DNA of 57,645 nucleotides from Candidatus Parcubacteria bacterium (GCA_039799085.1 JBDLTL010000001.1:1-57645); one strand, 5' to 3'. Shown: positions 41,479 to 51,837, numbered from the stretch's first letter. Numbers and translations: made by a program. The notes: a model not told the origin generated them from the sequence alone.

Positions 41479-42090
41479 TTATTTCTCTACATGCCAGCCA
41501 CAGCGGTGTGACGGCTTATCAAAGTCATAGACAAACTTTGTCACACTACCATTCTTGATAGTGAGAATGTAGTAGAAACACTGAAGCGCTCGGAGCGGAC
41601 CGATTGGTCTGTCGTTGCACAAGTGCATGATGAAGAAGTTAATGAAAACTGAATGTGAGACCACCACCACTCGTGCATGAGGCGGGTATGAGAGGAGGTG
41701 AAGTCGCGCTTTATTGATACGTTCGCGGAACATCTTGTATGTCTCCCCTCCTTCGTTTTTGCTGGTAAAACCAAAGTACCACCTTGCATAAAACCAGATG
41801 GATTTGAGACTCTTGAGAAGGTGCCCATCGAGCCGTGGTGGTTTTTCAACTTCCGCGAACAAGGCCGTTGTCTCAGGGATGATGTCACACTCACGACCAA
41901 TGATTCTTGCCGTCTCAAGAGCTCGCACCATAGAGCTTGAGAGAAGATGAGTTGGATTGAGCGACGCCACATATGTCGCTGCCTCTGTGGCCTGCTTGAT
42001 ACCGAGTTCAGTAATGTCTGTTCTGTCTGATTGGTGACGTCCAGCAATGTTGCCATTGGTTTGCCCATGGCGTACAAGATACACTTCCAT
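41479..42090 (-). CDS. Histidine phosphatase family protein (phosphoglycerate-mutase-like)
   Basis: MEVYLVRHGQTNGN (RHG motif) and a distal SH. Confidence 0.85.
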   Translation of the reverse strand: MEVYLVRHGQTNGNIAGRHQSDRTDITELGIKQATEAATYVASLNPTHLLSSSMVRALETARIIGRECDIIPETTALFAEVEKPPRLDGHLLKSLKSIWFYARWYFGFTSKNEGGETYKMFRERINKARLHLLSYPPHARVVVVSHSVFINFFIMHLCNDRPIGPLRALQCFYYILTIKNGSVTKFVYDFDKPSHRCGWHVEK

Positions 42091-42091
42091 A

Positions 42092-43123
42092 CTATCCTTC
42101 GAGACTATCTATAATTGCCATCTCAAGCGGAAGCACCGGAATCGGTGAACGACTGATGAGGTCGGATGCCGAAAGAAGCTTCAGAAGTAAATGCGAGTTG
42201 AGTGGAGATGGGCCGCTGGCGTAGGTGAGGAGTTTTTCTTGTGACTCTGGACCAAAGGAAGCAAGAATTGACTTACTCTGTGACGGAAGATTACGCAAGA
42301 GCATAACAGCACGGATATGCTCAAGCAGCAGGCGCACAAAGAGCTTGATATTCACCGGACCTTGGGTGATGGTGTGTACGACTTCAAGAGCACATTCTTT
42401 GTCTTTCATATGAAGCGCGTGGAGAAGCTCAAGAATACTTGAAGTCTTCGGCGCACCGATGATAGCTGCAACTTCGTCCGCACTGCCGATAGTGTCGCCT
42501 GAAGCGAGGATGACCTTTTGGACGATACCGAGCGCATCACGGAAGGAACCGTCGGCTGCGAGCGCGATGAGGTCGCCCGCTTCAGGCGACATCGTAAATC
42601 CTTCTTCCTTCGCAACATCAATCGCGAGTTTCGTAAGTACCGCACGCGACGGAGAATTGAAGCGAAACACCTGACAACGAGAGAGAATGGTATCAAGAAG
42701 TTTTTCTTCTTCGGTCGTCGCAAGAATGAAGATGACGTGCGCTGGTGGCTCTTCGAGGGTCTTTAGGAGCGCATTGAATGCTTCTTTGGTGAGCATGTGC
42801 ACCTCGTCGATAATGTATACCTTGTACGGCGATTCATACGGCAATGTATGTACTGCTTCTTTGAGTTCACGCACATCATCAATACCACGATTGGAGGCAG
42901 CGTCGATTTCGTAGATATCGAGATCGCGCGCGCCAACGGCGCGCGCGAAAATACGCGCCAGCGTCGTCTTCCCAGTCCCACGAGTCCCAGAGAAAAGTAA
43001 TGCGTGCGGAATAGTGCCTTTTTTAATCGCACCTTCAAGGACGGTGACAATATGGTCTTGGTCACGGACTTCGTTAAATTCTTGTGGTCGATACTTGCGA
43101 TAGAGCGCTGTTGCTTCTGACAT
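42092..43123 (-). CDS. dnaX: DNA polymerase III subunit gamma/tau (short form)
   Basis: LYRKYRPQEF.EV..Q.H, GTRGTGKTT (P-loop), IIDEVHML and TLEEPP. Confidence 0.92.
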   Translation of the reverse strand: MSEATALYRKYRPQEFNEVRDQDHIVTVLEGAIKKGTIPHALLFSGTRGTGKTTLARIFARAVGARDLDIYEIDAASNRGIDDVRELKEAVHTLPYESPYKVYIIDEVHMLTKEAFNALLKTLEEPPAHVIFILATTEEEKLLDTILSRCQVFRFNSPSRAVLTKLAIDVAKEEGFTMSPEAGDLIALAADGSFRDALGIVQKVILASGDTIGSADEVAAIIGAPKTSSILELLHALHMKDKECALEVVHTITQGPVNIKLFVRLLLEHIRAVMLLRNLPSQSKSILASFGPESQEKLLTYASGPSPLNSHLLLKLLSASDLISRSPIPVLPLEMAIIDSLEG

Positions 43124-43143
43124 GGTGAGTAGTATACCAGATA

Positions 43144-43175
43144 AAAAGAGCGGCGCCGTAGGCGCCGCTCTTTTT
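43144..43175 (-). terminator. Terminator
   Basis: aaaagagcggcgcc / gta / ggcgccgctctttt. Confidence 0.85.
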
Positions 43176-43177
43176 CT

Positions 43178-43663
43178 TTACTTCACTGCCTTCTTGGCTG
43201 TTTTAGCCACTTTCTTCGCTGTGGTCTTCACATCCTTAACTGCTGCCTTTGCCTCCTTCTTTACCACTTTAGCGGTTGCTGTTGTGGTCTTCTTGAGCGG
43301 TGCAGCTGCTTTTTCAATCTGCTTCCAGTGATCTTTCATTTCTTTTGAGAACTCAACGAGGTCTTTTTTACTTGCATTCTTAGCACCAGCATATGCTCCT
43401 GATACAGACTTGATAAGGTCTTCGTATTCCTTCTGTGTCATCTCACTTGCGTCTTCGAGTTTCTCAAGCACTTCAGCCTTCGCTTTAAGCGCCCAACTTT
43501 TCACCTGCTTACGATTCTTTGCAGCATTCTTGCTTCCGTAGAGGAAGAACGCTCCCGCTGCTGCTACTGCAGCCGCTCCAAGTCCTACACCAACTGCTGC
43601 TGCACTTCCCTTCTTTTCGGCTGGTGATGCGGCCGACTTACTCACTTCTTTCTTTTGCGCCAT
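43178..43663 (-). CDS. Lys/Ala-rich protein with one TM-like segment (YtxH-like?)
   Basis: 161 aa. GAAAVAAAGAFFLYG followed by K/A/E-rich helices. Confidence 0.55.
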   Translation of the reverse strand: MAQKKEVSKSAASPAEKKGSAAAVGVGLGAAAVAAAGAFFLYGSKNAAKNRKQVKSWALKAKAEVLEKLEDASEMTQKEYEDLIKSVSGAYAGAKNASKKDLVEFSKEMKDHWKQIEKAAAPLKKTTTATAKVVKKEAKAAVKDVKTTAKKVAKTAKKAVK

Positions 43664-43684
43664 GATTTTATTATTTAAAAAATA

Positions 43685-43966
43685 CTAATTGTCAGCTTCT
43701 GTTTTGGCACGCTTCTTTTTCTTTGTACCAAACACAAATCCAACAATGGTAGACACCAGTCCACCAGTTGCAACGAGCTTACGTACATGAGCCACATCTT
43801 CTGCCATCACTTCGCTTGCGCTATCAATACGCTCCAAAATAGAACGAACCGTCTTCATGATTTTGTAAATTTGGAACAAAATCATTGTCACAACAATGCA
43901 AAAAACGACCGTCGCTAGGCTGGCAATGTAAAAGAAAATGTTTGCTTGAAGTACTTCACTCATCAC
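43685..43966 (-). CDS. Small membrane protein (DUF948-like?)
   Basis: 93 aa with an N-terminal TM helix and then a coiled segment. Confidence 0.55.
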   Translation of the reverse strand: MMSEVLQANIFFYIASLATVVFCIVVTMILFQIYKIMKTVRSILERIDSASEVMAEDVAHVRKLVATGGLVSTIVGFVFGTKKKKRAKTEADN

Positions 43967-44021
43967 TTACTAGTGTACCAATGAAATGCCTTAAATTAAG
44001 GTATCTGTGCACAGGATAAGG

Positions 44022-44052
44022 AAAGCCCCGCAGCATATAGGTGCGGGGCTTT
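44022..44052 (-). terminator. Terminator
   Basis: aaagccccgca / gcatatagg / tgcggggcttt. Confidence 0.8.
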
Positions 44053-44060
44053 GACGTATG

Positions 44061-44294
44061 TCACCGAAACGAAAAATCGGTCTCTCTGTCGGTAAGTTCG
44101 TATGAACGAGTGAGATGTCTTCCTTCGGATTCATATTTCACACTCTTCCTACCTTCACAATCGTGACTGACAGAAAGAATTGTTGCCTTTTCTATTCCAC
44201 CAGACTGTGTACGGACCAAAACTTCACAATTTTTCAGAGCTTCAGTTACCTCTTGTCTCGGAAGCCAGCGAACACTTTGACGTACTTCTGACAT
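44061..44294 (-). CDS. Hypothetical 77-aa protein
   Basis: An ORF bracketed by two terminators. No motif recognised. Confidence 0.45.
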   Translation of the reverse strand: MSEVRQSVRWLPRQEVTEALKNCEVLVRTQSGGIEKATILSVSHDCEGRKSVKYESEGRHLTRSYELTDRETDFSFR

Positions 44295-44317
44295 ACTGTC
44301 TCCTCTTTAAAGAACAG

Positions 44318-44344
44318 AAAAGCCCTCCACGATGGAGGGCTTTT
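44318..44344 (-). terminator. Terminator of dus
   Basis: aaaagccctcc / acgat / ggagggctttt. Confidence 0.85.
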
Positions 44345-44456
44345 GTATACCGAGATAAATTTATCCAAACACACAGAAGTCCTCCATCGTTGATGGAAGG
44401 AGCAGGAGACCAAGTAGGTTCTGTGCGTGCGAATGAATCATAAATATGAGAGTAAT

Positions 44457-45599
44457 CTACGACTGAAGGTCTATCAATTTGTGACCTTGGAGAAACTTCT
44501 CTACGACTTGTTCTACCTCAGAAGCAGAGTTTTGTTGCATCAACTCATGGCGAAAATCAGCTGCGCCATGGAAGCCATTTACATAGGCTTTGTAGTGCTT
44601 TTTCATTACAGCAAAGTTCTTGTGCGGCAAAAGCTCCTCAAAAAGTTTGGTGTGCTCGACCATTACTGCGAGGCGTTCTTCAAGCGAGACATACTCGACC
44701 CCTTCCTCACTAACATCATGTGAAATTAGCTTTTCCCTATCGACACCACTCGTCGGGAGCGCATTGAGTCTGTGTGGTAGTCGTTTGGTCGGATGGAAGA
44801 ACCACGGATTACCAAAGAGCGCCCGACCAATCATGGCACCATCTGCACCTGTTTCGACGACTTTCTGGCGCGCGTCGCCCTGTGAGAGTACGTCTCCGTT
44901 ACCTATGATGCGAGTATTTGGTGCGAGCTTATCGCGCAGTGCGACGACGCGCGCAACGCGCTCCCACTGTGCCGGTGCTTTACTCATCTCTTTACGAGTA
45001 CGAGCGTGAATAGTGAGTGCAGCAGGTTGCTCCGCGAGCAGTGTCGGAATCCAGGTATCAATTTCGTCTTTGTTGTATCCGATGCGGGTCTTCACCGAAA
45101 CCGGCAAATCTCCCGCACCTCGCTTGGCAGCTCGAATGATTTCTCGCGCAACATCAGGAGTTTTAATCATTGCTGATCCACAACCTTGCTTTTCAATCGA
45201 ACGATCTGGGCACCCCATGTTGATGTCGATACCATCAAAGCCAAGCTCACGGCAGAGATTAGCAGCATATTCCATATGCTCAGGATTACTCGTAAAAAGC
45301 TGAGCTACAATCGGTCGCTCTTCTTCATGATAGATAAGGTCAGCCATGAGTTTCACCTTCCCTTCTGGTGTGGCGCGCACGAGCCCGTCTGCGGCGACGA
45401 ACTCTGTCCACATCACGTCAGGTCCGCCCACAGTAGCGTCAGACCGCTCGTGCGCGCCATACTTCGCCAACATACGACGAAAGGCCGCGTCAGTGACATC
45501 GGCCATCGGTGCTACAACAAAATATGGTGTTGGAAGTTTCTCCCAGAAATTCATAAATGAAATAATGAACGTAGTGACTATATTGAATTTACGTCCCAA
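44457..45599 (-). CDS. dus: tRNA-dihydrouridine synthase
   Basis: APMADVTDAAFR, GIDINMGCP and VKTRIG motifs. Confidence 0.9.
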   Translation of the reverse strand: MGRKFNIVTTFIISFMNFWEKLPTPYFVVAPMADVTDAAFRRMLAKYGAHERSDATVGGPDVMWTEFVAADGLVRATPEGKVKLMADLIYHEEERPIVAQLFTSNPEHMEYAANLCRELGFDGIDINMGCPDRSIEKQGCGSAMIKTPDVAREIIRAAKRGAGDLPVSVKTRIGYNKDEIDTWIPTLLAEQPAALTIHARTRKEMSKAPAQWERVARVVALRDKLAPNTRIIGNGDVLSQGDARQKVVETGADGAMIGRALFGNPWFFHPTKRLPHRLNALPTSGVDREKLISHDVSEEGVEYVSLEERLAVMVEHTKLFEELLPHKNFAVMKKHYKAYVNGFHGAADFRHELMQQNSASEVEQVVEKFLQGHKLIDLQS

Positions 45600-45688
45600 T
45601 TCGTCCTACCTAAGGCGGATCGCTGAACGTCACGTCAGTACTCTACCGTTCAAATAATAAAAAGCAATAACCATTACCTTAAAGTGAA

Positions 45689-46666
45689 TTAAAAAGAGAT
45701 AGTTACACCATCTTCGGCTTCTGGAGCTGGAGACTCATCTTCCACCACCGACTCACTTATTGGTGTTGAAGCAAGCGCAGGAACTGGTTCTGGCGGTACG
45801 GTCTCTGACGACGGGGTACTCGATGAAGTACTTGCCGGTGTACTTGAAGCTGTTGTTTCTAGAGTCACTTCATTTACAAACACCTTTTCGCCGAAGCGTA
45901 AGTCAACGTACTCGAAGTTACCGGGTTTGATGTGCGCAAACTTCTCAGAATGAAGCACGGTGAGCATGTTATCAAGCGTTGCTTTTGAATCTTGCTTTAG
46001 AGACACCTTAAACTCTCCGCCATTAACAACACCAAAGAACACATCACCAGCAGCATCTACCTCGGCTCTCTCAATATACCAGCCAGCTTCACCAAAAAGA
46101 CGGACGAGCTCTTGAACCTTTTTGTAATCTTCAGCGGGAAATGCTTGTGTATGTTCGCTTGGACCACGACCAATCGCCACAAATCGCAAAAACGCTCCCC
46201 CACTAAGCGCGGGAGCTGATGAGAAAGAGTATCCATTTTCGTCCAAGAAAAAGCACCCCTCGGTGTCACTGCCACCGCACCACAGCGCATGCGGAGTATA
46301 CTCATCAAACTCAACTACGAGCTCCGTCCCTCCTGAGCGGACCACTGAAAGATTTTTGATTCGTTTTATTTCTTTCACGCTATTCTCGATATCATCGTGA
46401 GGAAAGGTAAAAGCAAAAGTGCGAGGTACGAGCTTAAGGTATGAACCTTCGAGCTTACCACGAACAATCTTCTCGACCTCCTCGTGTGGGATTGTTTCTC
46501 CACCCTTTACTGTAACAGTAGAAATAGTGAGAGCGTGCACTCGTGTCCCGTACCAGATACTAATGATGAGCATACCAAAAAACGCAATAATCATTAGGCC
46601 AATGATTATTTGTCGCATGAGGAGCATAGTGCTCGGACTGACCGTTTTGTATGGTCGGGGCTTCAT
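45689..46666 (-). CDS. ftsQ: Cell-division protein FtsQ-like (TM plus POTRA) with an S/T/P/E-rich tail
   Basis: TM helix, then I.TV.V.G....P.EEV and a POTRA-like fold pattern. Start at MKPRPYK because the longer N-terminus overlaps the serS terminator hairpin. Confidence 0.7.
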   Translation of the reverse strand: MKPRPYKTVSPSTMLLMRQIIIGLMIIAFFGMLIISIWYGTRVHALTISTVTVKGGETIPHEEVEKIVRGKLEGSYLKLVPRTFAFTFPHDDIENSVKEIKRIKNLSVVRSGGTELVVEFDEYTPHALWCGGSDTEGCFFLDENGYSFSSAPALSGGAFLRFVAIGRGPSEHTQAFPAEDYKKVQELVRLFGEAGWYIERAEVDAAGDVFFGVVNGGEFKVSLKQDSKATLDNMLTVLHSEKFAHIKPGNFEYVDLRFGEKVFVNEVTLETTASSTPASTSSSTPSSETVPPEPVPALASTPISESVVEDESPAPEAEDGVTISF

Positions 46667-46686
46667 GGTGAAAATAGTACCACGAA

Positions 46687-46728
46687 AAAAGCCGAGAAAA
46701 TGCACTCCCGTGCATTTTCTCGGCTTTT
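46687..46728 (-). terminator. Terminator of serS
   Basis: aaaagccgagaaaatgcac / tccc / gtgcattttctcggctttt. Confidence 0.85.
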
Positions 46729-46736
46729 CACAAAAC

Positions 46737-47999
46737 TTAACCTATCACTTCCTTTCCGAAGTATGGTCGAAGCACTTCTGGAATCTTAATGCTTCCGTCT
46801 GCCTGTTGAAAATTCTCAACGAGTGACACGAGAATGCGTGGTGTTGGGATAGCCGTACAGTTGAGCGAGTGCGCATAGCGTACCTTCCCAGCCTCATCAC
46901 GATACCGGATATTGAAACGGCGAGTCTGGAAATCATGAAAGTATGACGCAGAACTAATTTCACGGTACGTTTTCTCGCCCGGAACCCAGAGCTCAACGTC
47001 GTACTTCTTCACCTGACCCTGCCCAAGATCACCGCCACAGTTCACAACAGTATGATACGGGATATTGAGCGACTCGATAAACTCCTCAGTGTTGCGATTA
47101 AGCTCTTCGTGAAGTCGTACACTTTCTGCATGTGACGCTTCACAGAGTATGACCTGTTCGAGCTTGTAAAACTCATGCACACGAATGAGTCCACGTGTAT
47201 CCTTCCCATGACTACCCGCTTCACGGCGATAACAGGGAGAGAAGCCGAGGTACTTAATCGGAAACTGCTCCTTATCAAGAATCTCATCTGAGTGGTACCC
47301 CATCACTGACACTTCAGCTGTACCGATGAGATAATCTTCGTCTTGCGTACGGTAAACATCGTCAGCGTCGTTTGGAAGATGCCCGGTACCGTAGAGGTTG
47401 GCCTTGCGAACCACTGTCGGCGGGAGCACTGGCACAAACCCTTTTGCTTGGAAGAAGTCATTGGCGTAATTCCAAATCGCCCAAGAGAGGCGAGCACCAT
47501 CTCCAAGCAGGTAATAGCCACGGAAGCCGTGTACCTTACTTCCACGTTCGAAGTCGACCATGTTGTGCTTGAGCATTAATTCCACGTGATCTTTCGCCTC
47601 AAAATCAAAGTGTGACTGCTCGCCCCACACCTTTACTTCCTCATTGTCAGCATCGCTGTTTCCATCAGGTACTGTCATATCTGGAATGTTCGGCACCTGG
47701 AGCATGAGCGCTTGCCATTCCTCCATGATTGGCTTAATAGCTTCTTCATCCTTCTGCATATCAGCCTTCAGGACTTGCATGTCATTGATAAGCTGCTGGC
47801 GAGCTACTGGGTCAGCTGTTGTTGGGATAGCATCAGAGGCTTTCTTTTGTTCGGCACGCTTCGTTTCAAGTCGAGACATAATCTCACGACGAGAATCATC
47901 CACCGAAACAAGACGGTCGATGTCGATAGTAATTTTCTTTTTGGTCGCCGCCATCTTTACGATATCGACGTTTTCTCGGATGAATTTAATGTCCAACAT
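46737..47999 (-). CDS. serS: Seryl-tRNA synthetase
   Basis: MLDIKFIREN, an N-terminal coiled coil, class II motifs (FRGY.., GTAEV, CYRREAGS, H.LN.TA). Confidence 0.97.
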   Translation of the reverse strand: MLDIKFIRENVDIVKMAATKKKITIDIDRLVSVDDSRREIMSRLETKRAEQKKASDAIPTTADPVARQQLINDMQVLKADMQKDEEAIKPIMEEWQALMLQVPNIPDMTVPDGNSDADNEEVKVWGEQSHFDFEAKDHVELMLKHNMVDFERGSKVHGFRGYYLLGDGARLSWAIWNYANDFFQAKGFVPVLPPTVVRKANLYGTGHLPNDADDVYRTQDEDYLIGTAEVSVMGYHSDEILDKEQFPIKYLGFSPCYRREAGSHGKDTRGLIRVHEFYKLEQVILCEASHAESVRLHEELNRNTEEFIESLNIPYHTVVNCGGDLGQGQVKKYDVELWVPGEKTYREISSASYFHDFQTRRFNIRYRDEAGKVRYAHSLNCTAIPTPRILVSLVENFQQADGSIKIPEVLRPYFGKEVIG

Positions 48000-48145
48000 T
48001 AAGTGAAAATAATGAGCGGTAGCGAATATATTTTACTTACATCGCAGAAGGCGCCATTCCTAGCGCCTGTCGCCGATGCAGTACCACCAACCGTTGCTTC
48101 TAATAGTCACATTATACACGAAAGTCCTAGTGTTAGAATGGTGCC

Positions 48146-49009
48146 ATGTCCTTTCCAATTTGTGAGGTGTCGGCGGCGGAATTTCCTTCGCTTTTGCGGG
48201 AAATTCCGCAGCCACCGAAGTCGCTCAATTACCGTGGCTCACTGCCACCCACTGATATCACACTCCTCTCAGTTGTCGGTTCTCGTAAATACACGTCGTA
48301 TGGAAAGCAGGTGGCAGATGAACTCATTGGTGGACTCCGAAATTACCCCGTTGGGATTGTTTCTGGGCTTGCACTTGGCATCGACTCGCTCGCGCACGAA
48401 GCAGCACTCAAAAATAATTTGTATACCCTCGCCATCCCGGGTGGAGGACTGAGTGATGATGTCATTTATCCCGCCAGTCACAAGCCACTTGCTCATCGTA
48501 TTCTTGAAGCTGGTGGTGGACTTCTCTCAGAGTATGCACCGGACTTTCGAGCGGCTGATTGGTCATTCCCACAGCGCAACCGAATTGTTGCTGGTATTAG
48601 CAGGGCAACACTTCTCATAGAAGCCGCTGAAAAATCCGGGACCCTTATCACTGCTCGTATGGCGACAGATTACAATCGTGAACTCCTTGTGGTCCCGGGA
48701 AGTATTTTTTCGAAGACATCCGAAGGCGTGCACCAGTTCTTAAAACTCGGTGCAACACCAGTGACTTCTGCGAAGGATATTTTGGATGTGCTCGGGATTA
48801 TTGAGACAAGAGCGGCAGAGGCGAAGCCTCTGCCGCTCCTCTCTCCCGAAGAATCAACTGTCATCTCTCACCTTTCCGAACCCCGCCACCGAGACGAGCT
48901 CATTCGATTACTTTCAATGGACATTTCCAAGGCTTCCCAGCTTCTTATGATGATGGAATTATCTGGACATATCACCTCTCACGATAATGTTTATCGCTCG
49001 TGCTACTAG
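48146..49009 (+). CDS. dprA: DNA-processing protein DprA (Smf)
   Basis: VVGSRK.T.YG, SGLALGIDS.AHEAAL and GTLITA blocks. Confidence 0.9.
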   Translation: MSFPICEVSAAEFPSLLREIPQPPKSLNYRGSLPPTDITLLSVVGSRKYTSYGKQVADELIGGLRNYPVGIVSGLALGIDSLAHEAALKNNLYTLAIPGGGLSDDVIYPASHKPLAHRILEAGGGLLSEYAPDFRAADWSFPQRNRIVAGISRATLLIEAAEKSGTLITARMATDYNRELLVVPGSIFSKTSEGVHQFLKLGATPVTSAKDILDVLGIIETRAAEAKPLPLLSPEESTVISHLSEPRHRDELIRLLSMDISKASQLLMMMELSGHITSHDNVYRSCY

Positions 49010-49141
49010 AGTTATTGTTTGACAGAATCGCACATTACTAGTATTTGTTACTGCTAACTGCATCCAGGAATTTGCCCAAGGAGAGGACAAATTCGGATGT
49101 AAATTCAGAATAGTCGATTCTCTCCTTTCTTCATTTAATAT

Positions 49142-51502
49142 ATGAGTAAAAAGACACTTGTCATCGTGGAGTCGCCTGCCAAGGCGAAAACTATCGAAAA
49201 ATACCTAGGCGAAGGCTACACTGTGCTTTCGTCTATTGGGCATGTTCGCGATCTCCCAAAAAGCAATAACGACGCCGTCGACATCGAAGGCGGCTTTATT
49301 CCGAAGTACATCATCTCTCCTGACAAGACCAAAGTCATCGCTGGACTCAAATCTGCTGCCAAGAAAGTAGACGAAGTACTCCTCGCATCCGACCCCGACC
49401 GCGAGGGAGAAGCTATCGCGTGGCACGTTGCCGAACTCCTCAAGGACTCAAACAAAAATCTCAAGCGTGTTGCGTTCAATGAAATCACCAAAGATGCTGT
49501 CCTCGAAGCCATCGCCAAACCGCGTGAGATTGATATCAATTTGAAGGAAGCGCAAGAAGCGCGTCGTGTACTCGACCGTTTGGTGGGCTACGATCTTTCT
49601 GGACTTATTTGGAAGAAGGTTCGCTACGGACTTTCGGCTGGTCGTGTACAGTCCCCCGCCCTTCGTATCGTCATGGAACGCGAACGTGAGATTCGTGCCT
49701 TTATTCCTGAAGATTACTTCGTACTCACTGCCAACTTGAAGAAAGACAAGATGGCAATTCCTTTTGCGTGTACTATCGAACCAAAAGAAGAAGTGGAAGC
49801 AAAGCGCATCAAGAAAGTTGGAGAAGCTCACTCGTGGGAAGTTATTGATGTGAAAGAGACGGAAGCGAGTCGTGCGCCGCGCCCGCCGTTTACCACCTCG
49901 ACACTCCAGCAAGTCGCTTCGACCCGCTTAGGCTTCTCACCATCACACACCATGGGCGCGGCGCAAAAACTCTACGAAGCGGGACACATCACCTACATGC
50001 GTACTGACAGCACGAACATGAGCGCGCAGGCACAAAAGCAAATCATCGCGATGCTTCATGCTGACTTCGGCAAAGACTACGTCCAGCCACGCACCTACAA
50101 GACCAAGAGTAAGTCTGCTCAAGAAGCCCACGAAGCTGTTCGCCCTACCAATTTTGGCAAGCATTCAGCCGGAAGTACTGAAGACCAGAAAGCTCTCTAC
50201 GAACTTATCTGGCAGCGCGCTGTATCATCACAAATGGCTGACGCAAAAATTAAGCGCACCAAAATTCTCACCAACGTCACAGGGAGCAAAGAAACCATTC
50301 CCGACTTTGCTGTAAATGGTTCTCGAGTTATCTTCGACGGTTGGCTAGCGGCTGACCCACGTTCACGTGGTGATGATGTCGAAGTACCAAAAATCGCCAA
50401 AGGTGATTCCCTTTCATGCGCCTCAGTTGATATCGAAGCCAAGCAAACCCAACCGCCAAGCCGCTACTCAGAAGCAGGTCTCATTAAGGAACTCGAGAAG
50501 CGTGGTATCGGCCGCCCATCTACGTACGCAAGCATCATGAACACCATCACCCAGCGTGGCTACGTAGCAAAAGAAGGTCGCACACTCATCCCAACCGATA
50601 CTGGTGACGTAGTTTCAACTTTTCTTGAGACGCACTTTGCTGAATATATTGGTGATGATTTCACAAGTGACATGGAAGACCAACTCGATGAAATCGCCAC
50701 CGGTGATCGTACTTACAAAAAGACGCTCGGTGATTTCTATAAGCCTTTCCACAAAGCTGTCGAAGGAAAAGAAAATATTGAGAAACTCACGACGCTCGGA
50801 AAAGCTCCAAAAGAATTCCCTTGTCCGGAGTGTGGCGCAGACATGGTGAAGAAGCTTGGTAAGAACGGTACGTTCCTTTCATGTGAGCGCTTCCCTGACT
50901 GTAATGGCGCACGTCTCGCTGACGGATCAATGCTCAAAGCTGATGCACCTATCGGGACCCACCCTGAAAGTGGTGAAGAGATTTACGTGCTCAACGGCCG
51001 GTTCGGCCCGTACGTTCAACTCGGAGCCACACCTGAAAAAGTAAAAGGTAAGAAAGCGCCGACTCCACGCCGAACCGGCCTACCGGAAGGAACGAAACCG
51101 GAAGATGTCACCCTTGAGCTCGCAGTCCGTCTCCTCGCCCTTCCCCGCGAACTCGGTGCACACCCAACTACCAGCGAGCCAATTATTGCCAATACCGGAA
51201 AGTTTGGTCCGTACATCGGACATGCTGGGGACTTCCGTTCACTCAAGGGCAATGACAACCCATACGACGTCACCTACGAACGAGCCCTTGAGATTCTCGC
51301 CATGCCCAAAGGTACACGTAAAGGAGAAAAGCTTCTCAAAGAACTCGGCGTTAATCCAAAGACAAAAAAGCTCGTAAATGTCTTTGAATCAAAATCAGGT
51401 CGCTACTTGAAGAAAGGATTCAAACGCATCGGCATTCCTGACAATATTAAAACTGAAGATATCACTCTCGAGCTCGCGGTAGAGCTGCTGGGAGGTAAAT
51501 AA
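49142..51502 (+). CDS. topA: DNA topoisomerase I
   Basis: TOPRIM start LVIVESPAKAKTIEKYLG, ITYMRTDS (catalytic Tyr), and a C-terminal C4 zinc ribbon (CPECG...CERFPDC). Confidence 0.97.
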   Translation: MSKKTLVIVESPAKAKTIEKYLGEGYTVLSSIGHVRDLPKSNNDAVDIEGGFIPKYIISPDKTKVIAGLKSAAKKVDEVLLASDPDREGEAIAWHVAELLKDSNKNLKRVAFNEITKDAVLEAIAKPREIDINLKEAQEARRVLDRLVGYDLSGLIWKKVRYGLSAGRVQSPALRIVMEREREIRAFIPEDYFVLTANLKKDKMAIPFACTIEPKEEVEAKRIKKVGEAHSWEVIDVKETEASRAPRPPFTTSTLQQVASTRLGFSPSHTMGAAQKLYEAGHITYMRTDSTNMSAQAQKQIIAMLHADFGKDYVQPRTYKTKSKSAQEAHEAVRPTNFGKHSAGSTEDQKALYELIWQRAVSSQMADAKIKRTKILTNVTGSKETIPDFAVNGSRVIFDGWLAADPRSRGDDVEVPKIAKGDSLSCASVDIEAKQTQPPSRYSEAGLIKELEKRGIGRPSTYASIMNTITQRGYVAKEGRTLIPTDTGDVVSTFLETHFAEYIGDDFTSDMEDQLDEIATGDRTYKKTLGDFYKPFHKAVEGKENIEKLTTLGKAPKEFPCPECGADMVKKLGKNGTFLSCERFPDCNGARLADGSMLKADAPIGTHPESGEEIYVLNGRFGPYVQLGATPEKVKGKKAPTPRRTGLPEGTKPEDVTLELAVRLLALPRELGAHPTTSEPIIANTGKFGPYIGHAGDFRSLKGNDNPYDVTYERALEILAMPKGTRKGEKLLKELGVNPKTKKLVNVFESKSGRYLKKGFKRIGIPDNIKTEDITLELAVELLGGK

Positions 51503-51509
51503 ACGAAGG

Positions 51510-51545
51510 CCCGGCGCTGCAATTGCATGCGCCGGGTCTTTTCTT
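51510..51545. terminator. Bidirectional terminator
   Basis: cccggcgc-tgcaattgcat-gcgccggg, followed by tcttttctt. Confidence 0.8.
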
Positions 51546-51555
51546 GAGGCCGCTC

Positions 51556-51837
51556 CTAGCGACCTCTTGTACTCATGAGTGCAATCTGCTCACGAACAGT
51601 ATCATCATTACCCTCGGGCCAAGAGGAGACTTCCTCCACCCGAGGCGGAGAAATCCGCCTCCGCATTTTCAGATCTCCGATTTCTGAATTTGAACCTGCA
51701 ACCGGAACGTACCGCGGTCCGTCGTAGTCGATGCAAACAAATTTTTCTGTCAGATCGATGTGCGAGAATCCCGAAAGGTCCATTCCAGGAAACTGATCTG
51801 CGACGACGGTGTTACGTTCACTGAAATCTTCAAGCAT
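51556..51837 (-). CDS. Hypothetical 93-aa protein (orphan)
   Basis: GGAGGG lies 7 nt upstream of ATG 51837. The longer ORF-track version overlaps the rel start region. Confidence 0.4.
   Translation of the reverse strand: MLEDFSERNTVVADQFPGMDLSGFSHIDLTEKFVCIDYDGPRYVPVAGSNSEIGDLKMRRRISPPRVEEVSSWPEGNDDTVREQIALMSTRGR

Noticed and set aside
41541-42077. 178-aa alternative frame inside the histidine phosphatase gene, and 36435-36842 inside the 36374 gene
   Set aside because: The chosen frames carry recognisable features (an RHGxT motif; TM helices). The alternatives are R/S/C-rich.
49010-49141. Hairpin catcc-(a)-ggaatttgccc ... ggacaaattc-ggatg upstream of topA, considered as a terminator or riboswitch
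   Set aside because: There is no T-run and no recognisable conserved motif. It may be a dprA 3' structure or a topA leader element, but the evidence is too thin to call.
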